A stretch of 64,000 nt of DNA from Takakia lepidozioides (Eukaryota > Plantae > Bryophyta). The notes below the pieces were generated by a model. It saw only the letters and a list, made by a program, of their open reading frames with translations, did not search any database and was not told where the DNA came from. The position numbers and the translations under genes are program-made. Numbering within the stretch: position 1 is the first letter of the stretch; each line of letters starts with the position of its first letter. This document shows, one piece after another, positions 14,101 to 25,137 of this stretch. Where the stretch lies: assembly GCA_030704615.1 (NCBI GenBank), contig CM060733.1:54746001-54810000 (forward strand), read 5' to 3'.

Positions 14101-15233
14101 TACGCACAGACTCCAGCTTTTATTTCAATTGCTAAGATAACATATTGGGAACAGGTTTCCCTGTGATCCTGATGGTGTTTGCTGAGTGCATAGATGGTCC
14201 CAGTAAAAGCAGCTGCAACTCCCAGTTCGAGTAGGTACAAAACAACCCCTTTCCGGAAAGGCACCAACCTGATTTACAGTGGGGTTATGGATAATCTCAT
14301 TGGTGATCCACAGCTTCTCGTTGGGGAATTGCTTGCGGGCCTCATACGCAATTTGAACTGCGCGCTCAACTCCCCAGCAAAACCCATACGAGTTGGCCAG
14401 CTTCACAGTCACATTTCCCCATGTGTACTCAAAGTTGTTCTCCTTCAACGTCTTCACCATATCACCTACATCAAAACAGAAAAAACTCTTCAAAGTCTCA
14501 ATACCCCAGATTATTCTTCTACTCAATGTCAAAGGGGTATGTATGTTTAAAGGAAAATCACATATGGAGGATCTCTTTACAGCTCTGGCGTCTAGTGTCA
14601 GTTTCTGCGGCCTCTTCTCTACAGCTTAACGCGAGTAAGGATCATGTGTGGCAATGTAATCATTCAGGATTTTCAGTGTCTATTTGTGTAGCAAGCGGGC
14701 TGCTCTGCTGGAAGATAGATGTTAGGAGAGCTAGATGTAGAGAATTGCAAAAACTTTTGTGCAAACATCCCGGAATGGGTCAGATATACGGTTCTCCCTC
14801 ATCCAAACTCTCATTTTGTGATTGCGTCAAATCCACTACCAGACTTGTTCACGTCTAAAGTGCATAGATGGAAAACAATAAAGCCTTCAAAGCTCAAGCA
14901 GTTCAGAGACTCACTGGTATACTCGACCTCCATCTGAGCCAACATCTCCTTCTTGTATCCAAATCCATTCTTGTTGTAATTATCACTCCTGGTCAATGTT
15001 TTCCGAAATGACTTGGAATCAAATTGCTCGGTCGCCTCTGTAGCGGCGGGTGGGGCAGCATCACACCGCACCAGCCCTGCCACCTGCCTTCTTTCCCTCT
15101 TCCCAGTCCCACCGAATGTGGAAACTCTCACACACGACAAGGACTCCACCTTAGCCTGCTTCCTGCCATAGCCACTTCCGACCGCCATGGTCGGCACTCT
15201 AAGAGCACCTGCAACCGCGCAGGAACTCGCCAT
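11166..15233 (-). CDS. HDR: 4-hydroxy-3-methylbut-2-enyl diphosphate reductase (HDR/IspH/LytB), plastid-targeted, 10 exons
   Basis: Exons 15233-14915, 14465-14269, 13961-13782, 13628-13497, 13207-13133, 12639-12534, 12415-12321, 12064-11879, 11641-11555, 11234-11166. Motifs [50 protein letters not shown]. Ser/Ala/Arg-rich transit peptide. Confidence 0.96.
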
Positions 15234-15767
15234 TGGATGCTGAGAACTGGATGATGCACAGACAAGAGAAGAGAAGCTCGGTGAGCAACAGAGACAGAGA
15301 CACAGAAAGAGCGAATGCCACAACAGATTAATCCAACAACTTGAGTGCAGAAACACTCGAGAATTCGAGAATACGATTGAGAGCGAGAGAACTTCTCGGG
15401 CGGAGAGAGAGAGAGAGAGAGAAGGCCGCGGGATGAAGGCCCGTATGGAGGATTCCCGGCCCTCCGTTTCTTCCGGCGATGCAACCCTTTGTCGTTTCCG
15501 GCGACGGAATATGCATTTGTCGTCGCCAACAACTAATCGCGGGTATTTGGCAGGTATTCACTTACGAAGAGAATATTCCGGATGGGGTGTTTTTCGTGAG
15601 GGAACCCGATCCCCAATTGCCAATGCAGCATCGACAGCTGCCAACTCAGACATTCCGCGGGAAGGTCATGGTGTAAATGGTCGTCGAAACCTTCTGATTG
15701 GAATGTCCATGTTCTACGTGTCATTCGTTCATAGGGAAGCACTAAATAAATTTCGGAGAGATTAGGA

Positions 15768-15776
15768 TTAGGGTTT
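15768..15776 (-). promoter_or_regulatory. Telo-box (AAACCCTAA) upstream of HDR
   Basis: TTAGGGTTT on the + strand, ~540 bp upstream of the HDR ATG. Confidence 0.35.
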
Positions 15777-16030
15777 CTTATTTCAGATTTTGACGTGCAG
15801 CCGGTAGCTCAGTACTGACTGCCGGGCTCAAATCCTGCTACCTAGTTGGGTATCAACTGGTATCATTCTCTTGCCATCTTCTCATGGTGGCCAGGCTTTC
15901 TTTTTTCCTTTTGTTTTTTTGTACTAGAGAACGGGCCCTGTTTGGCCGATTCTGCCCTGTAAGCGGCCTTTGGGCGAGCCCTATGGCCGCGCACAGGGCA
16001 GAGTCGGCCAATGCGGCCCGTTCACTGGCG

Positions 16031-16302
16031 TTAAAAGCAGGTGTGGCGGATTCTCGCCGCTACGTGGCGCAATATGATTGAGGTTCGATTATCCCATATC
16101 TATTGCCCAGATTCAGAGCCCCGGAGAGGATATAATGGGGGCGAGCCCCAGGGGAAGGCGGGCTGGTGGGTTGACGGCTGACGACATGGGCCTCGGTGGT
16201 AGGACTGCCGTCCTCTGTGCGTAATCGGCGATCCCTGCCGATTCTGCCCTGGGTGGCCCATTCGGCCTGAGAAATGGCAGAATCCGCCACACCTGCTTTT
16301 AA
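16031..16302. repeat. MITE-like inverted-repeat element
   Basis: Perfect 24-bp inverted repeat: TTAAAAGCAGGTGTGGCGGATTCT (16031-16054) and AGAATCCGCCACACCTGCTTTTAA (16279-16302). Additional GCCGATTCTGCCC sub-repeats lie nearby. Confidence 0.55.
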
Positions 16303-16333
16303 TGTGAAACAAATCTCCCATTGCACGTTGGTG

Positions 16334-16405
16334 TTGCTGGTAGCTCAGCTGGTAAGTGCACGATGAGTGGTAGAGGTGGTTTGGAGTTCAAACCCGCTGC
16401 CCTGC
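16334..16405 (+). mobile_element. tRNA-derived SINE-like head (Pol III A and B boxes)
   Basis: A box TAGCTCAGCTGG (16341-16352) and B box GTTCAAACC (16386-16394) at tRNA-like spacing, but no intact cloverleaf. A shorter related copy lies at ~15797-15842. Confidence 0.45.
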
Positions 16406-16918
16406 TCCGTGTGGGGATTGTTCGTTGCTTACTGTCTGGATATTGTTCGTCCTGTGTACCGCCATGGCCCATAAATGGAAGGGATTTTTATTTTTTTTTC
16501 CTGGTTTAAAAGGGACGGAGACCCTTTTAATCATTTATTTTATTTATCAATTAATTTTTCCCCCTCCTCAAGGGCCTGAATTGTGGGCTGTCGCTCCCAG
16601 TTTTTTGTTTTTTTTTTTTTTCAATATTTTTTATTCGTTCTTCTGAAAAGGGAAACACCTAGGAGCGACAGCTCACAAATCAGGCCCCTTAGTAAGTGAG
16701 AGGAGAAACCTTTCATTTATGCGCCATGAGGCGAATGAGTGGGACACCGCCCAGGAACCATAACACCCATCAGTAGCAAGATTTGACCCAGACACATCTG
16801 GGTGGCACTCAGTGCACTTAACCTGTTGGTTCAGGTTTCCTTTTCTTAAAAAACCAAAAAACAAAAAAAACAAAAAAGGAAGGGAAACTGAACAGAGTAC
16901 TGAAACTGCACACACGGG

Positions 16919-16922
16919 AAAG

Positions 16923-16961
<39 letters not shown>
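16919..16961 (+). repeat. Poly(A) tract, ~40 nt
   Basis: Homopolymer run seen directly. Confidence 0.9.
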
Positions 16962-16962
<1 letters not shown>

Positions 16963-17099
16963 AACCCCAGATAAAGTTAGCTATTGCTGCGGTCTATTAT
17001 TAGTGGTTTTTTTTTTAAATAAATTTAAAGGGGACGGAGGCCCTTTTAGTCAAATTAATAAATAAAGGTCAGAACAGTGGAAAAAATAACCACTACTAG

Positions 17100-18966
17100 G
17101 GGCCGTGAAGGCTTACTGAGGGAAAATTTCCCCGTGACTCTAGCAAACTAGCTAGCTATACAGTAGAGAAAGATGGAGCGACTAAGCAGGCAGGGGCGTT
17201 GATGAGAGGGGTTGTGAAAAGATTGATTCTCTAGTAAGAAAGTAGTAGTGATAGAGAAGAAATGTAGACAGATGACAAATGTAGACAAAGAGCAGGCCTC
17301 TTGTGTTAGCTGGAGCAAAAAGAGGCTGAATGAATCATTCTCCAAGGAGTCAGCAGGTACTAGAATTTCAACTGGGTTTTTAGCTTTGAATCTCTTGCTC
17401 TCTTGTGGCGCCAGTTGAATTCCACCTCCTCCCCCTCACCAGGGGACCTCCCATTGAGGGGGGAGGGTGTCTTTCCAGTGAAATTGAAGGTTGGGAAGGC
17501 TGGTTCCGAGAAGGCACCCTTTGCCCCCAGGAGTCATGGAAACCTTGGAGCAGCTTCCAGCTCCCCCACCGTTCTGAAGTTCTGGGAAGAGCTGCATAGA
17601 CCACCCCCCAGGCTTTCATCCCCTCAGTCAACAGATCAAAGTAAGTACAAAACAAAATTGATCTGCCTCTAGGGGGTTTACCCTCATATACCCAAGTGCA
17701 CCACTTCCACAAGTTCCACAGAGTGTGTGCTCTCAAAGTAGCCCAAACTGGGCAGGTACAGTGAGGTTGGTCAGGTAAGCAGCAGCAAGGTGGGTGGAGG
17801 GGGGAAGGGAAGGAGGACCAGTGAGAATAGAAGGCCAGAACTGCTCTCCAAACTTTGCTGGATAAAAAACAAGAAATTAGGTAGTGCTCTATGGATTATG
17901 GCTGTGTTAGACACAACGTGCAGTTTGGCATGTCTTCATGGATTGCCTATCTAAATGCAGAGACCTTTGCTGCCCTATCATTCCTCTATATATCCTTCCA
18001 TATCTTGTCCCATTTGACGTTGGATCAGATTGTAAGTGCTCCATTTCCTGCTCTATTTTCTGATGAACGAGCAGTGTGGCCTAAGAAGTCTATATCTGAG
18101 CTGAACAGTATATCCGAAAAAAATGGAGTGCTTTGCATCCATCCAGCTCCAGTCCCCTGGATCAAACTATAAGTCCACCAGTGGGGCCTGTAGGAACCAG
18201 GTCAGAGATCTGGCTCGAGCCCATTCTAGCTCCTGCCCCTGATTTGGCATTGAGTTGGCATTGCCATTACTGTCCAACACTCTAATGTGATATAGAAATT
18301 TCCTGCCAAGCTCCATTGTTCCCATAAAAGCCAAGGAACCATCCGCTGTTGCCTGGAAACCAATTCCCGAAGCCATGTCTTGTTTTATAGAAAGCACCAA
18401 GATGACAGTGGGCTGGTTCGTTTGTTGGGAGGCCATCCACACCGAGGTTTTGCCGAGGTCGTCATCCACAAGCAGGGGAAGCATGTATTGGGGGATGTTC
18501 TGGAGTATGGTATCCCAGGCCCTAGCTCTCTTCCCACCCACAGTGCTTGAGATTTCTGCTCTCTGTAGGAACTGGCCCTGGTCGCGGATACTTGCCATGT
18601 GTGTGAACCCCTGCCCCTCCCAGAAAGCCCATTTTGCATTTTGCCTTAACAGCTCCGATGAGTCCATGTTGATTTGGCAAAAAATGGTTGCCTTAGGCAC
18701 TCTGTGATGTTTGCTGGCATACGCTGGGTTAGAGAGCCTCGCAGGGACTGCCATGCTTTCCAGATCGACTGCCAAGGTCTGGACCCCAGTGAGGTACCCT
18801 TGTTTTTCCCTTGAACCACCTATCTCAAGGAAAGAGCCCAGAGGGGAGAAGAGGATGGGATTGCTCCCATAAGATAAGGCTGAATTAGTTTACTCCAGGG
18901 AGTGTGTCTGTGCTATGATAGCTCTAGGAACCCATTTTGCCAATAAGGCTTTTATTTGTGAACCTG
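17100..18966 (-). mobile_element. L1-type LINE, 3' part of ORF2 and 3' region (degenerate)
   Basis: QIKALLAKW next to the CACTA junction, then stop/frameshift-broken ORF2 remnants (WAFWEGQG; LRAHTLWNLWK). Continues in frame with the LINE piece at 24238 once the CACTA element is removed. The left boundary is approximate. Confidence 0.75.
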
Positions 18967-19879
18967 CACTACAATACAAGCTCGGTTTTTCAACTCTGTA
19001 TTTGACTCATTTTTTAGTCATTTGCGACATTTTTACTCCCAGCCTCCATAGTCGAACATGCGTGACAAAGGTCAAGTCGTTTCAGTCAAGCAGTCGAATC
19101 CAGATGCCAGGTTCTGAGAGTGAAATGTGACAGTAACACCTAGGGGGTGACGTGTAGGCAGCACAGTATGACGTGGATGCGACGTGGCTATGACGTGTAG
19201 TAAAGTGGTTTAACTGAATTATAAGGTGGATGCATGACGTGTAGTGAGTGGCGTAAGGGCAGAGTGACATGGATGCATGACGTGTAGTAAAGTGGTTTAA
19301 CTGAAGTGGAACATATTGACTATGTTCCATGATGTTTAGTATACGGTTTGACTGTAAATCAGTGATAGTGAGTTTGCTTGTCGTTGTATATTGTAATATT
19401 CTACTGTAAAGCAGTAAAAGAGGGCACATTTTAGTAAATATGTTTCACTCTGGAGGTGTATATACATATATACATATAAATATAAAAATACATACATATA
19501 TATATATATATATATTTTTATGAATTGGGAGGCTTTTTATTTAATATTTGGTTTTTTTGTTTATTACTATTATTTCGTTTTTTTCATTTACTTTTAGTTT
19601 ATATCTGTACGTATGTGAATTAGTGGATATTGTATTTAAATTTTTTGATTCGCTGCACTGTATTGAAAATATATTACAAATACAACAAAACATAGAATAC
19701 AAATACAGGTCAGAACCAAAAACATTTGGATTGCTCAAAACTGGTTTTATATCAAGAGCGATTTGCAAAACAAGTTTTGGCCACATTCTACAAATGACCA
19801 ACATGAGGGCCATGTTGAGTAAGGATAATCTGCTGTGCAGCTAGGTCCAGCACTATCGTGGACATGTCAAGAGAACATT

Positions 19880-21914
19880 AGAAATCATTTTGAGAAATGA
19901 ATTCAGGTAGTTCCAGAGAATGGTGGTGCCAGCTACCTTGTCACCCAAAGTGACATCCACTTCCAGGGCTGCCTTGAAATACATATCCACCAAGGCAGTG
20001 TTTAGAGTGATAACTCCAGCTTTGACGATGTCATCATGGACCTTTGTGCCCTTTTGATGGCTGTCAGGCTCACATTTGACATAGATGTAGACCAGGGGAA
20101 TGTTCAGAATGACATCTGGTACAATTCCAGCTTGGATAATGTCACCATAAACCTCTTTGCCCCTTCCCAGGGCTGCTAGGCTCGCATATGCATATTACAA
20201 AAACAAATGAACATGACGGCCTGGTCTGGCTTCATCCCTTCCCACATCATTTGCTCTTATGTTTCCAAAGCCTTAATCCCATACCCATGCTGCACATACC
20301 TTGCAATCATGGCACTCCAAAATACCACAACTCGTTCAGCCATATTGTCAAACTCTCCCCTCATATCAGGCTTGCTGCACCCACATTTGGCATACATGTC
20401 CACCAAGGCAGAGTTCAGAATGACAATTTCCCCTTTAACGATCGGCATAAGCAAGGGGAAGGAGACAGCAGAGCTGCTGCTCTCTCCCAGCGCCAAAAAC
20501 CAAAGAAAAAAAAATGGAGGGGCTGAGAGAGCCGCCATGGCTGTGAAGTACCAGTATGCTGCAACATGATGTAGGGGGCGCGTTCCCTGGCGTAAAGGAA
20601 TTTTGGGGGCAGATTCTGCGAGGCCCTGATTGGCTGCAGGCCATAATGAGCCAATTAAAGTCAAACTGCCGATTATGGCAGTCAAACTGCGATTAGGAAT
20701 GCAGAATGCGCCAGCGCCGTGGAGCGTCGATCTTCTGCATCCTAATTTGCCTAAAAAACGGCAGAATCTGCCCCCAAAATCCTTTACGGTCAATAATTAC
20801 CACCAAGTTGGTTGGGCTTCACCCCTTCCCCCATCAATATTTGATCATAGGTCTCCAAAGCCTCCATACCATGTCCCTGCTGTGCATACCCTGCAAGCAT
20901 CACCCATTCACAATCTCCAAAGCCTCCCTGCCAACCCAGTATATAAACAGAGTACACATAAGTTCCTTGCTTTGCATCCTCAATGCACCCACATTGGGCA
21001 TACATGTCCACCAGGGCAGAGTTCAGAATGACATCTGGTACAATTCCAGCTTTGACAATGTCAACATAGACCTCTTTGACCTTTTCAGCCATAGCGTTGA
21101 AAATTGCCTTCGCATCCTCTTTCCCCTTTTCCAGAGCTGCCAGGCTTGCACACGCACACAAACGTGATGTGGTCGGGCTTCACCCCTTCCCCCATCATTT
21201 GATCATAGGTCTCCAAAGCCACCATCCCACGTCCCTGCTATGCATACCCTGCAAGCATCGCGTGCCACGACACCACATCTCGTTCAGCCATAGTGTTGAA
21301 AACTGCCTTTGCATCCTTAATGCACTTACATTTGGCATACATGTCGACCATGGCAGTGTTCAGAATGACATCTGGTACAATTCCAGCTTTCACGATGTCA
21401 TCATGGACCTCTTTCCCCTTTTCCAGGGCTCCCAGGCTTGCACACGAATTGCAAACACAAACGAACGTGATGTGCAACATTTGCTCATAGGTCTCCAAAG
21501 CATTCCTACCACACCCATGCTTGGTAAATCCTGCCAACATTATATTCCACGTGATCAAAGATGGTCGAGGCATTCTGTGGAAATCCTGGTGAGCATCCAT
21601 GATGCTCCCACACTTAACATACGTGTTGACAAGGGTGTTGAGTAGAAAAATATTTGGCGTTAATCACTTTGGATAATGTGAGTGTGCACCTGTTTCCAGC
21701 TTCCAGACCTTTCATCTTGATGCACTTAAGCAAGAGACAGAAGATGTATCTGAATCTGCTGAAATGCTTTGTTAGTTTGAAGTTGTAGAGCCTCTGTCAG
21801 TCTGCCTGCCTCACAAAGCATCTTCACATGCCCAGCAGAAGAGGCATTGTGGACTCCCTCTCTTGATCCTCTTTCAGAAGCTGTGGTCATGGTTGAGGTG
21901 CTTGATTTTATCAA
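19880..21914 (-). pseudogene. Fragmented PLS-class pentatricopeptide repeat (PPR) gene inside the CACTA element
   Basis: Repeated KAGIVPDVILNSALVDMYAKCG, DVVSWHAMLAGYA, ALETYDQ..GEGVKP motifs and an N-terminal MLCEAGRLTEAL. Multiple frameshifts, deletions and an inserted repeat. Confidence 0.9.
20591..20788. repeat. Small TIR element inserted in the PPR fragments
   Basis: 28/29-bp inverted repeat: CGTAAAGGA(A)TTTTGGGGGCAGATTCTGC (20591-20619) and GCAGAATCTGCCCCCAAAATCCTTTACG (20761-20788). Confidence 0.65.
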
Positions 21915-23475
21915 CTATGCCGCTGCAGCTGCTACCTTTACTTGACCATCTACCCATGCAGGTTTCTTGTAGCTATTGATCCACATGGAATCATAGGTAA
22001 TCTGGAGCTTGAAGTCCAGCCCTCTTGGATGAACCTGGACCCACACTCTATCCCTGCTCCTTCAGCTATCCATGCCTCTACACAAATCATGCATACTGCA
22101 TCCTTGCCTTGCTGCTAGCACCTGACAATGACAGCCTACATTTATTCTAGGAAACCTAACTCAACTTATCACACTAGTTCCTATGGTCAATTGCATATGC
22201 TACTCTTTGTAATCCAACAAGCATTCACCTTTTTGCCTCGATTGTCCCGCCATTGCCTGGGGTCAGAAAAGTATCAGAATTCAACATGAAAATTTAGGGT
22301 CAATTCTGATAAGAGGGAAAAACAGGGTGAAATCTGTTGAAGAAGGTACCTTCATTAGCAGTGCCTGATTTTATCAATTGAGCCGCTGGTGCTGTGGCTT
22401 CCAGTTCACCATCTATCCATGCAGGTTTCGTGTAGCTATCCTTCCACAGGGAATCATAGGTAATCTGGAGCTTGAAATTCGGCCCTCTTGGATGAATCTG
22501 GACCCACACTCTATCCCTGCTCCTTCAGCTATCCAGACCTCTGCACAAATCATGCACACATCCTTCCCTTGTTGCAGCTAGCTGCTGAAGCAGCTGACAC
22601 TGACGCCCTAACCCTACCTACAGTAACATGTCAAAATCACTCCAAAACCACCATAGATCCACCAACGAGCTTCTCCTAATCTATGAGAGGGTAAAACAGG
22701 CAGAAATAGGTTGAAGAAGAAGGTGCGCCCTCACCACATTGTCGACCTTGACCTTGTGTCATGACCCATGGAGGATTTGACAGACCATCAACCCAAAGAT
22801 TCTCTTGTGTGTGCTGCTTGTGTCCATCGTCAGGAACTGTCGGATTGGTTTGTGAGAACCACCACGGTGCAGCTGAGGAAACACGGCCTGCTAAGACCAA
22901 TCTCTCTCCCAAGAACCTTGTAAACATCAGGAAGAATACCAAATCATGGTACTAACAGGAGCCAACAGCCCACATTTACATGATGGACAAACTTCTTCAC
23001 ATCGTACATTAAGAAAAAGCCACACCTTGCGATTGCGGTTGGCACACCATCGTGAAGGATCTTTAAAAAACTCATGCCTGCTCTGCTCCGTGCTGCAAAT
23101 TCAGGGCCGAGTCTGATGAGCGGGCAAAACAGGCTGAAAGACGTCGAAGAAGGTGCCCTCACCACATTGTCCTCGACCTTGTGTCATGACCCATCGAGGA
23201 TTTGACTGACCACCTCTTGTGTGTGCTGCTTGTGTCTGTAGTCAGGTAATGTCGGATTGGTCTGCGAGAGGATTGGTCTACGAGAACCACCACGATGCAG
23301 CTGAGCGGGCGGAGATTGAAACACGGCCTGCTAAGACCAAGCCGACTCTCCCAAGAACGTTGTAAACATCAGGAAGAATACCAAATCATGGTACTAAGAG
23401 CCCACATTTGCAGGATGGACAAACATCTTCACATCGTACATTAAGAAAAGCCACACCTTGTGATTGCCGTTGTCC
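21895..23475. repeat. Two local direct duplications within the CACTA cargo
   Basis: ~21895-22118 matches ~22361-22580, and ~22715-23045 matches ~23145-23475, both imperfect. Confidence 0.8.
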
Positions 23476-23664
23476 ACCCAAGCTATTGCATATCCTGCAG
23501 ATCCTCCCATGCAAACACAGCAAAACGATCAAGTCCCATAACTTACTCATCGCTGAACGCAATCCCGCAACCCTAAATCCATTTTGAATTATTTGGATGA
23601 ATGTATCGTAGATGGATGGATTTTGGGTTTTCCATCAATCTATCCATCCATCCATTTAATTTTC

Positions 23665-23905
23665 TGTTCATCCAATAGTTGCCAGCAAGGCGTTTGCTTT
23701 ATCGTTCATTCATACGTTCATCCAGTGCACACAAATTATATTTCATACGTTCATCCAACAGTTGTCAGCAAGGCGTTTGTTTATCATTCGTTCGGATAAT
23801 TCAGTTGTTCTGTTTCACTAACCTTTCGTACGTTCATCCAATAGCTGCCAGCAAGGCATTTGTTTATCATTCGTTCAGATAATTCAGTTGTTTTGTTTCA
23901 CTAAC
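23665..23905. repeat. Three-copy imperfect tandem repeat (TCATCCAATAGTTGCCAGCAAGGCGTTTG...), ~85-bp period
   Basis: Units start near 23668, 23751 and 23834. Confidence 0.75.
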
Positions 23906-24237
23906 CTCAACCAGCACATGATTAGTTTACTATTAATGTGCTGGGTCAGTGAAAAAATAGTTAAATGTTTTTACTTCTTATTATCCACGTATATATTGCT
24001 ATATATAGTTTATATATTGTGATTACATATGCTATTGCTTAACTGGTTGTCTCAGTCAGCTCATTTAAGGTAGTCAAAATCTCTCACTACAGTCAAAATT
24101 TTCGCGGTTGTCTAGCACCTCGAATATTTTAAATATAAATTTTGACTACAAAATGGTTGGAACAGTCGAAAGTGACAACAGTCAACGCCAGCGTCAAACT
24201 AAATCGTCGAAATTACATAAGGTGTGTTGTAGTGCTG

Positions 24238-25137
24238 GATCTATAATGCCCAATCCTCCTCTATTCCTTTTTTGACACAGTTATTCCCATGAGACCAGGG
24301 CTCGCTTAATTGAAGTTGCAGATGAGGCTCCCCATAGGAAGTTACGCACCAGGCCTTTTATTTCTTTGACTGGGTTTGTCCCTGGATCCCACACAGCAGC
24401 ATAGAACCAGATTCCTCCTTCCAGGACCTGGTTAACCACCAGGGCCCTTCCAACCAAGGATAGCATAGTGGAGCACCAAAAAGCTAGTTTTTTTTTTAAA
24501 CTTGTTGATGACCCCCTTCATATAGCTCTGTTGGGAAAGGTTCAGACCTATCTGGTGGCCCAAGAGTGTGTGTGATTCTCCCTGTTGTAGCCATCTAAGG
24601 CTTATCTCCTCACCCCATGTCTGACAATGAGATGCATGGGAGCCGCTTTGCAGAATAGACAGGATACCAACAAATTCCTCCAATTCACCTTGAGGCCTGA
24701 GGCTAGGCAGAAAGTCTGGAGAGCTTACAGGGCACGGTCTATATTCCCTTTGCAAGAATTGTCCAGTAGTAAGCTGGTGGCATCCGCGTACGTGGAAGTT
24801 TTCAACATTTCTTCCTGATATGTTGGGAGATGCAGCCCCACAATGTCTTGTCTAAAGTCCAAGAGATGCCTTAGAGAGTCGGCCGCTACGAGAAAAAGAA
24901 ATAGAGCCAGTGGATAGCCTTGCCTGACAGATCTGGTAATGGCAAACATTGTGAGATAACCCCATTCACCATTACTCTACTAGAGCCAGAATGGAGCAGG
25001 ATACGAAACCAGTCCATGAAGAAGCTTGGCAACCCAGTCTTTTCCATTGCATGTAATAAGAATTGTCAATCAATGGAGTCAATTGTCTTCTCGAAGTCCA
25101 GCATGAGGAAGGCAAGAGGCTGATGATTCAGAGTGGC
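24238..25137 (-). mobile_element. L1-type LINE reverse transcriptase, middle segment (degenerate)
   Basis: MLDFEKTIDSID, SVRQGYPLALFLF, YADA (YADD-like), LSLVGRALVVNQVL and LVSWE..GGLGIIDP motifs, with stops and frameshifts. Confidence 0.9.

Larger units (their letters stand above)
18967..24234. mobile_element. Non-autonomous CACTA (En/Spm) element with captured gene fragments (Pack-CACTA), 5268 bp
   Basis: Left end CACTACAA at 18967; right end TTGTAGTG ending 24234. 3-bp TSD CTG at 18964-18966 and 24235-24237. (C/T)AGTC(A/G)A-type subterminal repeats at both ends. No transposase seen. Confidence 0.9.

Noticed and set aside
15797-16405. Functional tRNA genes
   Set aside because: A and B boxes are present, but acceptor and anticodon stems do not pair.
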